A stretch of 64,000 nucleotides of DNA from Schizochytrium sp. TIO01 (GCA_004764695.1 SMSO01000033.1:434001-498000); one strand, 5' to 3'. Positions 11,556-21,795 are shown, counted from the first letter of the stretch. The notes: generated by a model from the letters alone, not told the origin. Numbers and translations: made by a program.

Positions 11556-12715
11556 GACGAACCAAAGAGCCGCCCTTGGTTTTACGTGTTTATAACTGGA
11601 TCAGCAGTCCTGCTGTATAATCACCTCAAACACTCTACACGTCGAAATTAGAATGTTTAAAACACACTGTAGTTTGTTTGGTGTCTGCCTATGTACATTA
11701 CGTTTCCCCTGGGTTAATGGTTGAGGTATATACAATGAGAACTCCAGATTTGAATTTCAGTTTATGAAATTGTTTTAAGTGAAATTACTATTATGCTTCA
11801 CGTTACTAACGAGAAATTAATTTGCCAACGAAATGCGCAACCCAAGTAGACTCACGAAAGGAAGTGAGGCGGGGGGAAGCATAGAAGCATCTGTACATTA
11901 TCGGAGCAAACACAAGTAACCGCAAGGCCCGCATCTGTTTGTTTTCAGCACCTACTATAATAGTCAAAGCAATCTACCAAATATAAATACTGTCTGGTGC
12001 GCACTTAAAAAGCACCATATAGCTATTTTCTTATGAACTCTTGAGTCTTAAACAGTCATTTTATAGAAAAAACAAAAGACTAACAGCGCTTTTAGAATAA
12101 CGATGTGCTTTTATATTTTCAGATGCGAAAGGCGAAGTCATAGATTTGCAATGCCATACGCGTTACTGTATATAACAGATTTGAAAGAGAAGATCTTGTC
12201 TTTTGGTACCGGAGACACTGCCTTTAGGGAACCCTCATGCCACCCGTAACGGTATCATAAGTATTTCTTAAAACTTTTCCTTTCTTAAAGAAACAAAGCA
12301 ATGTGTCCAGCGTGAAGTAACATGCTGGAAAACAGCATAACAATGGTCAAATCCATGTTCCTAAATTTTACTTTCCTACCGTACTTGCGCGGCAAAATTA
12401 GAAAAGGTGCAAACGTGCTAGCTCTGGGGCCCCGCCTTTTCATCTCTCTGAGTATTCGAGTGTAGGGAAGTTCTTGTTTGTATGTTCTAAGCCTACAGCA
12501 TTGCATTGTGAAGCAATCGAAACCACGCCATCGAGAGGCACTCTAGTCTTGTCACTGGGACTGAGCATTCCTGTCAATTTTATGCTAGGGCAAACCCATA
12601 GCGCCCGTGAAAGAGACCAAACAAAGAAATAGGTAACATTTGTGCTTCAGGCTTCTCAACCTATTTCTCTTTAATATGCGTTATTGCATCACTAATGTCG
12701 GTTTTTGTGAGATCA

Positions 12716-13221
12716 ATGTGGAGGGATCGTGCGTCGCTAACCTGAGAATTATGCGGTATACTTGTGAGTAAGTCTAGTTCGGGAGGCACAATTAAGGCTC
12801 ACACGGCCCTAGACGCACGACAATCTGAGGTGCCTCTTCTAGAGTTGGAACAGTAGATCAACCTGTAGTGTGGCTTGCTGGTGCGAGTGCGTCTTATGAC
12901 ACCCCTCACGCTCCTACTGTATGTTTCCTCACTCAGTTCGTAACAGTCAAATTCCTTCTATCAATTACTCATAACAGTCTGCTACTAGCTTGAGTCCCAG
13001 CCACGGTCCCATATTCTAGTCTGAGATAAATACGCTTATTTCCCATGGATAATAGGTAAAAACTGCCTTGGCAAAAGATCACAACCTTGTCTCAGACAGA
13101 ATCAATACCAACCACCGCCAAGCCGCTCTCGCAGAGCGAGCTCTGGCGCAGGCTGTGATTACAGAAGCTCAACAGGGTCCAGTCACGGGGCTCGAAGCTC
13201 GCTGTGACTGATCCCACAACT
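12716..13221 (+). ncRNA. Structured non-coding RNA; candidate telomerase RNA (TTAGG-type template). Boundaries approximate.
   Basis: No credible ORF. Several helices whose G-U wobbles favour the + strand: 12727-35/12812-20, 12763-69/12797-803, 12850-56/12914-20, 13019-29/13087-97, 13180-88/13202-10. G-CTAACCT-GA at 12736-12745. ACAGAA at 13161 and ACA at 13216 follow hairpins. Manual folding only. Confidence 0.45.
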
Positions 13222-13587
13222 AGTCAAGCCTCGAGTGTTCTCGCATGGTCTTGCGAGCGGTGGTTAGCTAGTCCTCTATTTCAATACTTTCAAGTAGTTA
13301 GATTGGGCTCTGCAAAGCACTTCGAGGTGGCTTTCTTTGAGAACTAGGAGCAGTTTCTTGACTACTAGCGATTGAAGTCAATATAACGTTCCCTGCGGCT
13401 AGCATTGCTCGTCATAAACCTTATTTGGCAGTGTGGCAAGTAGAGGTTGGCCCTGGATATTGTGAAAATTTGATCATTGTGACATTTGTTGGCTTTAAAG
13501 CGACGGTGGCGTCGCCGTGATAAGACGAGTGCAAAGCAAAGACTTAACACTTGTGAGAGGAAACTTACGAAAGGTTGCTATTAAAGA

Positions 13588-16500
13588 ATGCTGCGCTCCA
13601 AATGGTCTGCAGTAAATGACCCCGAGGTCACTCCATTGGATGAAAGTCTGTTGCACGATGAAGAAGACGAAGATGAGGACTTAGTGAGTAAAAACCAAGA
13701 TGTACCTAGCGGAGAGCAGAATACTGAAGCAGATCAGCAAGGCTCCTTGCAGAAGGCTGATGGCGCTGGGCGATCTCGCAAAAGACAACGGGAAGATGTT
13801 GTTGGGGTAGATGGCAAGAGTAAACCCGTCACAACAACTGGCCTGCGGCGTGGAGCTGAAAACATGGAAATCCAGGAGGCCAAGGCTGCCCGAGATTATG
13901 AAAGAGCCCTTCAACTTCAAGTCACTGGCAAGCCCAACTCTGAGGATTGGGAAGAAGCATCAGTCTTATATAACAATCTTATTAATATGGCTGTTCTCGA
14001 AAGCGATCAGCTGAAACTTGGACGCACAATTAAGCGCTGCGCTCTAGCAAACTTAGCCGCAATGGATGAGTGTTTGGGCAATGACAAATCTGCTCTTGAG
14101 CGCCTTGTCGATGCAACACGAGTGGATGATTCTAACCCAACAATTTGGGAGAATATTGGTCGTTTGGCATGGAAAGCTGGTAACATGCTCCTCTCGCGAT
14201 TCGCATACGAAGAAGCTCTGCGAGGGAAGTGGAGCGTGCAACCAGAGAGTCTGTGGGTTGGACTCTTACATACAACATTTTCCCTTGCAGACGACTTAGC
14301 ATGCCGCCAAGCAACAAACTTTATCCTTGCGCAAGACCCTAACTTTGCCTGGGCTCTTTTGTTTCAAGGTCTTCTCAATAAGGGGCATGCCTTGAATGGG
14401 ATTTACGACGCCGATTCTGAGGAGGGGGAGTGGCCATGGTCCCGAGATATTGAAGACGCTTTGAGCTCTGAGGAGATATCTCGACTCAAAGAGGCTGTGA
14501 CTGAGCGTAGAAAGCACATTCGTTCTACTAGTGGGCACAGCAATAATCCCATTGCCATCCAAAGGCGAACAGTCCATCTTGAAAATGATACAATTTATGA
14601 AGTGGTCAAATCATTACTATCTGAGTACCGTCGACAGCTCCTTCTTCAAGCAGGTACATTTGTTGAGGTTGTTCTCTATGATGTGAGTAAGATGGTTTTG
14701 CAATCAGATCATCTGAAGCAGGACTCTGCAAATACTCCAAAGGCGTCAACGCCAAAAGCTATTAGTATGGATGAGAAAACTCTCAAAGATGGGGTAGCAG
14801 GTACAAAAGACGTTGTGATGAAAAATACGCCCCAGGCTATCGTAGGCGAAGAGGCGGTCACTACAACCACTTCAACTAGTGCTACGGCTTCCGATGGTGC
14901 TCCAGACTCTAAATCTAGTTCAGAGACTACTGCGCTAGGCAAGGCTTCAACCAATACCAAGTTGAAGAAGGAGAATGGCCGAGGTGCAAAAGCGCGCGGA
15001 TCTCCCGAAAAACGCCGCAACTCAAGACGTCGAAACGCTAGCACCGGTTCTGACGCGCGAAGTCTTCGGACCTCAAACCAAAACGAAGCTGAACGAATTG
15101 AAGATGATTCAAAGCACATGTTGTATGGAGATTTGAGTAGATTGGTGCGGTGCATTCTTCCTGAGAGGGATGTTGCAGAAAATCCTGAGCATGAAGATGG
15201 TACCATGGCTGTAGAAGATGTAGTCTTGAGTAAAATCGACCGCGAAGAGCTTTCGCGTCGTGCGAAACTTGCCCCCGTCCTTGAAGGCCCTGTTGTTGCA
15301 CGTAAAATTCGCACACGAAGGACAGCTCAAATTACTCAAGAGAATAAAGACATCCAGGCGTGGGTTATCTCCCTCGGTGGGAAAGGCTTTCCTCCAGATA
15401 TTCTTCTCCGTAAACTTTTTATGGAACTAAAAAGTTTCCATCCTGCATGCTTTGCGTCTAGTGAGGCTGACTCGCAGACACCCTTGAGAGCAATGCTAGT
15501 GTCTCAGAGCCTTGATGCGCTTGCTGAGGCTGATATAGATTGGCTTGATGCATACCGTGAGTCTTCAGAGCAGGAAATTCATGCGTTGTTTTTAGCCGAA
15601 ATACTTTTAGATTGGGCTGTTCACCCTGGCGTTTCAAATTCCGTCAAGGAACGGTGCAAACATTTTGCACAATTGTGCTATTATTCTGCGCGTCACTACA
15701 TCCCCCAACATGTTTGCACAGAACCAAAGGAGCTCATAGTCATGACTGATCGAATGATTCGTCTTGAGTGGCTCGGGGGGCGCGCTTCTGCAATCATTTC
15801 TGGCGATGTGGGAGCCGCAACAAGCTCCTTTGCACGTTGTGAGTCATTACTAAGCTCATCTGGGCAGAAATATGTGCACATTCCTCATATTCAATTTGAT
15901 AACAATGTCTCTGCTGACAGCATTGTGACCAAGAGATCATTTCTTTCGTGGCGACGAATTATTTCTCAAGCAAAGCTTGAATTTCTACAGAAAGAATTGC
16001 GTCGCAACCAAGATCTTGCGCAAATTCGGTTTGACGAAATTTGTCAACATTTTCTGCTTGATCTGAAGTCCGAGGAATCAGGCCTACCACAATGGAACGA
16101 GTTTGTAGCTGAGGCACAACTGTCTGAGCGCGTTCAACTTCGCGCAAGACCCAAGATAAAATCATTAGCTGTAGACTCGCCCGAGCTTGCCGAGACGCCA
16201 ACCTTGCAAGTATTGCAAGAATGTTTGCCTCACGTCAATGAATCCTCACAAAGTTTGTTCTTCAATTTGATAGCTCGGCTGCTAGACCAGCTTGTTGTAC
16301 ATTCTCTTCCGGGGTCTGGGTCCAACTCGGAGAGTTCCAAAATCATGAGCGAGCGTAATTTGATCGAGGAGTGCCTTAAATTATTGCGAGAGAATCAAGG
16401 CCGATGGGTGCCTGAACATTGGCTTACAGAAGGTGAGGGCTGGTCACGTATTGTTGGCGCGTTCGTCAGCGACTTGCCTAATGTACCTGAAAATCCTACT

Positions 16501-19500
16501 CTCTGGAATGATATTAGCTTTGCTGTCAAGGATACTCCATCGTGCCTTGATCAGACGTCTAATGTCCTCCTTAACACATTGTGTAAGTGCGCTTTGGAAT
16601 TTGACCCGTTACTTCAAAGCCTTCTTGCTGATGAGTCAAAGGGAGACGCGCTGAAGTCCCCAGATGCTTCTTTGACCAGTGCTGGCAGGGTTGCATCATT
16701 GCTTGTCTCAGCGATGACAATTGCTCCTCATCAGGCAAGCTCGGCGTTATGGCTTCAACTTGCTTGGGACTGCCTTTCACTTCTCTTCCAACCTTCTTTG
16801 TTGCTGTCTCTTCGTGCCCATACGAAGGGCAAACGTGGAGCGAGTTGGGCTAGCAGCTTGACACTGTCATCTCTACGCGCGATGCTTGACATTTGCCTGG
16901 TGCACAAGACTCCGTACATGCACATCCGTGGTGTTGCCTTGACAAGTCTCATTGACCGAATTTACAATATAATTGGTCAAAGTGTAGAGGATCGCACAAT
17001 TGCTTCGCTAAAGAGCTCCGCTACCCGGCTCTTGGCGGATGAGTCAACCATAACGGCGTTGCAGACTCAGCCTGGGACTCTGTACAATGAGTTGGAGGAA
17101 TTCCGGCAAGCAACACTCTCAGAGATGCTTGCTACACTGTACGGTGTTTTGGAGTTTAGTGAGGAACCTCGTAAAGATGCTGATGGTATTAGGTCAGAGC
17201 ACCCTTCGTTCATTTTCGAAAAAGAAGCAATGGCAAAGCTACCTCGTGCACTTGTGGAGCCTGTTGAAGTCGAAAAATTCGGTCCAGCCACGAGCATGGA
17301 ATGGCCCGAACACCGAACTGGTCTGATGCGTTACATGCTCAATTATGCAGATAGTCGTGTCCTCGAGGTTGATCGAGACTTTATAAACTCGAGGAATACT
17401 GAGATCATGGTTCACTTCCTGCTCGTTCGAAGTTTGGTTGAGGCAGGTCCAAATGTTATGCCATTTCAAGAATCCGTGGACGCGTTTTTGGATATGCCTG
17501 TAGACAAATTTATGACGTCAGGAACTGGCAAATGTGCTCAATCCACTTGCCAATTCATTCTGGAAGATAAGGCGTATCTCGCGCCTCGCATGACTCCTAA
17601 ACCAGCAAACCTTATCACAAGCAAGGAACTATGTGAGCGTCTACCAGTCTCATTGTCGTATCTTATTGATGAGCAAGCTCAGAAACTGCCGCGTTTAAAC
17701 GCGATTGGAACCGACAAAGAGAAACTTCTCGTTGACTTTCGGAATGACTTGGAGTTATGCATGTCAGCTTGGCGAATCGATGTAGGCTTTAATCCATGGC
17801 GTTTTCTTTCATGGTACAACTATGGTGATTTTGGCACTCAAGTACAGCGGATCGAGATGTCTCACCCAACGATATGCCGTGCAATGTTGGATTTAATTGA
17901 CCTTACAGATGTAGAAAGCCTGCTTGCACCCCCTAAAGGAAAAACTGCTATGGCAGAAGCTACCGGTGAACACTCTTTGGAGTCAGAAACGCAGGAGTCT
18001 ATGGGGTCAGATGATAAACCAGCGGCCACAGAAAATGAGCCAATGCAACTCGAGGGCAATGACAAGGCCACAACAGAAGATAAGACAGAAACGGCGGAGG
18101 AAGAAAAAGCAGAAGAAGAAGTGGCAGAGCATTGTGAAGAGATAGATGAAGATAAACCATCTCCTCCAGCAGAACATATTGTAACCGCATGTAAGATACT
18201 CCAAAGTGCTTTGAATACGACACTCACTGCGCCGATCCAGGCAGTTGAAGCTGCAGTCGCCTTAGCAGAGAAGACAGAAACAGAGATTGGAAATAAAGGT
18301 AACGAAATCCGAGTTCACGACCGCGTAAAAGCTCTTTTCAGAGGCCTTGAGTGGCAAGAGGCTTATGTCACACGTATAAACGAAGGTGGGACCTACGACC
18401 TTTACTATTGCTCTGAAGGGTACGACGAGTTGGACTTTGCATTGCCACGAGACAAAATTCAGGTAATCCTTGACGAGGAACGTCCTCGGGTTCGCGAGCC
18501 AGAACACCCGAAGGAAAGTATCTTCAAGTGTCTTATGTTGCTTGGAAAATATGCGATAGCAAATCTTGGATTCGTTCGTCGCTTGAACGATATTTACTAT
18601 GCGCACTTCTGCAAGCTTGCTCTGCAAGCTTTCGAACGTGCGTTGGATTGTGAGAAGATTGAAGATAAGTATGAAGCTCTTTTCTTGCAGACGCGTGTTA
18701 TGGAAAAGAGTTCATATCCTTTTAACGACGTTATGAGAAGATATGAGGAGGTTTTGAAGATTGCACCCGAAAAAGGTGACGATATGGCGATTTGCAAGAC
18801 TGAAGTCCGCTATCGCATTGCTTCATCTCGCATGAAGGCATTGTTAAAAGAACCGGTTGAAGAGTTTACTTTACCTCAACTGAAAGAAAAGGGTCTCGCA
18901 TTCTTTGAGTATCTCAAGGAGCTTGAGTCTTGCTTCGGCGATAAATGTGAGCGAGAGAATCACCGAGCTGTGTACAGGTATGCGCGATCCATTTTAAAGG
19001 CTCCAGTTGAATTGATTGGTGAGAAGCGTGAAAGTTATTTTGTCAAAGCTCTCGACTACATGGACAGAACCCAGGTAAAGAAGGCAGATGGCCGGATCTG
19101 CGTTGTCCGCTATCCTGAATATACTATCAAATTTGATTACATTGCACGCCCCTGGTGGAAAATGGAGGTGACGCGTTTTAAGCACATTCGGCTGTATATT
19201 GCAATTTGTACTGAACTTGCGGACTACGATCGGCTTAAAAAGTTCTATGTCACAGTTCTTATGGAGTCGCTCAAATTGAAAGATGACCCCAACTGCGTCA
19301 CAATTTTGAGAGGAGCATGCGCTGCTCTTGAAGCTGCGAACCAAATTCTAGACCAAGGTTCAGTATCAGGACTTTCTGGGCAAGTCCTTAAGCGGGCCTA
19401 TGAGGTTTACCTCGAAACACAGGAGCTAGCAACAAAACTTAAAGCATTCCCAGAGCTCAAGCCTCGGGTAGCTCAATGTGCAGATGAGATAAGACACGTT

Positions 19501-19659
19501 TTTTATAGAACTACATCTTCTGATACAGTTCCTGCACTCGCTACTGTGATAAAGGATTGCCAAAATCGTTTTGCCTCGTCTCGCGCATGGTCTATCAAGC
19601 GGGGAAAAGCTCGCTCAGCGTCTGCTCCTGTGAAAGGCTCCGAAGCAAAGCAGGTATAA
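13588..19659 (+). CDS. CABIN1: CABIN1/HIR3-like TPR protein (HIRA histone chaperone subunit)
   Basis: 2023-aa single-exon ORF. N-terminal TPRs (ALANLAA...ALERLVDATRVDDSNPTIWENIGRLA...LSRFAYEEAL), 'GFNPWRFLSWY' and 'EVRYRIASSRMKAL' resemble CABIN1 family segments. Confidence 0.7.
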   Translation: MLRSKWSAVNDPEVTPLDESLLHDEEDEDEDLVSKNQDVPSGEQNTEADQQGSLQKADGAGRSRKRQREDVVGVDGKSKPVTTTGLRRGAENMEIQEAKAARDYERALQLQVTGKPNSEDWEEASVLYNNLINMAVLESDQLKLGRTIKRCALANLAAMDECLGNDKSALERLVDATRVDDSNPTIWENIGRLAWKAGNMLLSRFAYEEALRGKWSVQPESLWVGLLHTTFSLADDLACRQATNFILAQDPNFAWALLFQGLLNKGHALNGIYDADSEEGEWPWSRDIEDALSSEEISRLKEAVTERRKHIRSTSGHSNNPIAIQRRTVHLENDTIYEVVKSLLSEYRRQLLLQAGTFVEVVLYDVSKMVLQSDHLKQDSANTPKASTPKAISMDEKTLKDGVAGTKDVVMKNTPQAIVGEEAVTTTTSTSATASDGAPDSKSSSETTALGKASTNTKLKKENGRGAKARGSPEKRRNSRRRNASTGSDARSLRTSNQNEAERIEDDSKHMLYGDLSRLVRCILPERDVAENPEHEDGTMAVEDVVLSKIDREELSRRAKLAPVLEGPVVARKIRTRRTAQITQENKDIQAWVISLGGKGFPPDILLRKLFMELKSFHPACFASSEADSQTPLRAMLVSQSLDALAEADIDWLDAYRESSEQEIHALFLAEILLDWAVHPGVSNSVKERCKHFAQLCYYSARHYIPQHVCTEPKELIVMTDRMIRLEWLGGRASAIISGDVGAATSSFARCESLLSSSGQKYVHIPHIQFDNNVSADSIVTKRSFLSWRRIISQAKLEFLQKELRRNQDLAQIRFDEICQHFLLDLKSEESGLPQWNEFVAEAQLSERVQLRARPKIKSLAVDSPELAETPTLQVLQECLPHVNESSQSLFFNLIARLLDQLVVHSLPGSGSNSESSKIMSERNLIEECLKLLRENQGRWVPEHWLTEGEGWSRIVGAFVSDLPNVPENPTLWNDISFAVKDTPSCLDQTSNVLLNTLCKCALEFDPLLQSLLADESKGDALKSPDASLTSAGRVASLLVSAMTIAPHQASSALWLQLAWDCLSLLFQPSLLLSLRAHTKGKRGASWASSLTLSSLRAMLDICLVHKTPYMHIRGVALTSLIDRIYNIIGQSVEDRTIASLKSSATRLLADESTITALQTQPGTLYNELEEFRQATLSEMLATLYGVLEFSEEPRKDADGIRSEHPSFIFEKEAMAKLPRALVEPVEVEKFGPATSMEWPEHRTGLMRYMLNYADSRVLEVDRDFINSRNTEIMVHFLLVRSLVEAGPNVMPFQESVDAFLDMPVDKFMTSGTGKCAQSTCQFILEDKAYLAPRMTPKPANLITSKELCERLPVSLSYLIDEQAQKLPRLNAIGTDKEKLLVDFRNDLELCMSAWRIDVGFNPWRFLSWYNYGDFGTQVQRIEMSHPTICRAMLDLIDLTDVESLLAPPKGKTAMAEATGEHSLESETQESMGSDDKPAATENEPMQLEGNDKATTEDKTETAEEEKAEEEVAEHCEEIDEDKPSPPAEHIVTACKILQSALNTTLTAPIQAVEAAVALAEKTETEIGNKGNEIRVHDRVKALFRGLEWQEAYVTRINEGGTYDLYYCSEGYDELDFALPRDKIQVILDEERPRVREPEHPKESIFKCLMLLGKYAIANLGFVRRLNDIYYAHFCKLALQAFERALDCEKIEDKYEALFLQTRVMEKSSYPFNDVMRRYEEVLKIAPEKGDDMAICKTEVRYRIASSRMKALLKEPVEEFTLPQLKEKGLAFFEYLKELESCFGDKCERENHRAVYRYARSILKAPVELIGEKRESYFVKALDYMDRTQVKKADGRICVVRYPEYTIKFDYIARPWWKMEVTRFKHIRLYIAICTELADYDRLKKFYVTVLMESLKLKDDPNCVTILRGACAALEAANQILDQGSVSGLSGQVLKRAYEVYLETQELATKLKAFPELKPRVAQCADEIRHVFYRTTSSDTVPALATVIKDCQNRFASSRAWSIKRGKARSASAPVKGSEAKQV

Positions 19660-19956
19660 AAGCTTATCTTTTTCTCTCCCTCACAAGTTGATCAAGCATA
19701 CATAGTATCATGAAAACTTTAAAGTTTAACGCCAACTTCTTGGAGTGTTGTATGCACGAACTCGTGCTGTTTTTCCTAGCCCAGTTTTTTCCTTTTCATT
19801 CTAGTTTTTGAAAGAAAAAGTAACAAAATAAAGAATCGTAGAGAAATTCAAACTAAAAAGCTATCAATGATACTGTCTGTTGATATCCAGTTTTTGAAAA
19901 CTCAAGATAAAAGGTGCAGCTATAACTTTATTCAAAAAGAAAGAATAATTGAGGTA

Positions 19957-21351
19957 TCAAAGTATTTTTGACGGTGATTCCAGAGTCGGTTGATCTAATA
20001 GGGTTCCTAAAGATTTTTCATTAAGATCGTCAATCTTAGGAGTCAGCCATTTTGCGCACTTTGGTATTAGCTTCCGAGGAAGCAAGTCTAAGGGTGTCTG
20101 CCCAACATTATTTGTTATTTCAATATCCATCCCGAGCTCAACAAGACCTTTAATTAGGCGTCGATGACCATACATTGCAGCATAGTGCAAGGCTGTCATT
20201 CCATATTTATTGCGATCTTGAATGTTTGCCTTACCAATGTCACACAACCATTGCAAACGCTCCAAATCACCAACTTTAGCTGCTGTAAAAAATGGAACGT
20301 CACTTGCAAGCATAGCCCGAGCTCTCCGAAATCGACTGTGGTGCTTGTGGGTACGCTCTGCAAGGGGACTTAAGTATAAGATTTCTCTAGGAAGAAGGTT
20401 GTTAATATTCATCACTGATTGATCTACATTCATCAAGATGAGATATTCAAGCACCTCAATTTGTGATGTAGCAGCAGCAGCATGAAGTGCATTGTCACCA
20501 TTATCACATAGGGAATCGACCTCAACATTTCCTAGACTGTGATGATTACGAAATAGAGCTTTCATTTCAGAAAGCAGACCTTGACGAGCACATGTTACAA
20601 ATTTCTTTTGTTCACGTGTATCGAGCATATATCCCTCTTTACGAACCTCAAGTATTTGTGGTGGTGAGGATTCCTCTTTCTTGCATTTGTCAGTACTTTC
20701 AGGTTCCTGTGTTGGGAATATACCGGAGAATTCGGTGTTGATTTTGACAGCACCCTTCGTTTTGAGAGATTTAGTGACTATGCATGGAGTCTTTGAGGAT
20801 GCTTGTGGCTCATCTTTTTGAAGAGCCAGACAAAAGAAATGCTGTTTAAGATCAGATTCTATCTTTTCTATGTCAAGGTTGTGCACCGTGCGAGGTCGCT
20901 TCAAATGTCGAAGATTCAGAGCCAACTTTGGACTGCAAAGCTTACTGGCTGTGTTATCAGAAACTCGAATGCTTGAAGCACTTTGTTTTACACGAGCTCG
21001 TTCGCGGTTAAGCTCTCGTTGCAATCGAGGTAATGCACTGAAAGGTCCTTCTTTTAATTGAAGTAATGCTTCGCCAGGTTTCCCAAGATTGTCAAGAGCC
21101 TCAAAAGGACGAAAGGGTGGCGCTTCTGCCTCTGCGCGACTGTCAAAGCCAAACTGAAGCCTCAATTCACGTTTGTAGCAACGTATGGCATCATTTGCAC
21201 GTTTCCTTTGTGTTGCCCAGCTCCGTCTTTCCTCCTCAAGTTTTCTATGCCGTGCCTTTTGTGCTGCACTAAGCTCAACTTTCCTTGGTGGCTGCCACGA
21301 CTCACTATGCAAAGGACGCTGAGTATACTTTGAGACATATTCATAGCGCAT
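19957..21351 (-). CDS. Ankyrin-repeat protein
   Basis: GDNALHAAA, GMTALHYAAMYGH and GQTPLDL ankyrin motifs. First in-frame ATG is at 21351; the true 5' end is uncertain. Confidence 0.8.
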   Translation of the reverse strand: MRYEYVSKYTQRPLHSESWQPPRKVELSAAQKARHRKLEEERRSWATQRKRANDAIRCYKRELRLQFGFDSRAEAEAPPFRPFEALDNLGKPGEALLQLKEGPFSALPRLQRELNRERARVKQSASSIRVSDNTASKLCSPKLALNLRHLKRPRTVHNLDIEKIESDLKQHFFCLALQKDEPQASSKTPCIVTKSLKTKGAVKINTEFSGIFPTQEPESTDKCKKEESSPPQILEVRKEGYMLDTREQKKFVTCARQGLLSEMKALFRNHHSLGNVEVDSLCDNGDNALHAAAATSQIEVLEYLILMNVDQSVMNINNLLPREILYLSPLAERTHKHHSRFRRARAMLASDVPFFTAAKVGDLERLQWLCDIGKANIQDRNKYGMTALHYAAMYGHRRLIKGLVELGMDIEITNNVGQTPLDLLPRKLIPKCAKWLTPKIDDLNEKSLGTLLDQPTLESPSKIL

Positions 21352-21795
21352 CTTCAGCAAATACCTTTCTTGACTTCGTTTCTAAAAGCTTCTTTTCATC
21401 AAACGTTTTGTGCCTCAGAAGCGTTCTATACAACTCCTCCCTCATGCCGCAGCTATGCGGCAGTATTTGTCAAGAGCGCCTCTGCTCCTGTTCCTGCATA
21501 TGTTGAATCATTGAGAAAGTTATTAATATTCTAGCAAAATGATATCTACGTGGAGTTCCAGGTTCCATACTTAGTAGTATCAGTACACACCTTGGATAGG
21601 AACTCTGTGAAACTGTAATCTCTGAGTCCTCCTTGTAAACATAGCATAGTTATCTACGAGAATGAGTTTGCTCAGTTAGGAGGAGTGAGGCTTTATACAG
21701 GTAGTGGAGCTAGTGCCTGAAATAGATAAGCAACGAGCAATTGGGCTGGCTGGACATATGTAAAGAAAGACAAACAAACATCTGACGGTGGCAAG

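Noticed and set aside
13180-13196. CACGGGGCTC resembling the RNase MRP CR-V motif
   Set aside because: No matching GAAAGUCCCC-type CR-I upstream, and the segment is better explained as a local hairpin.
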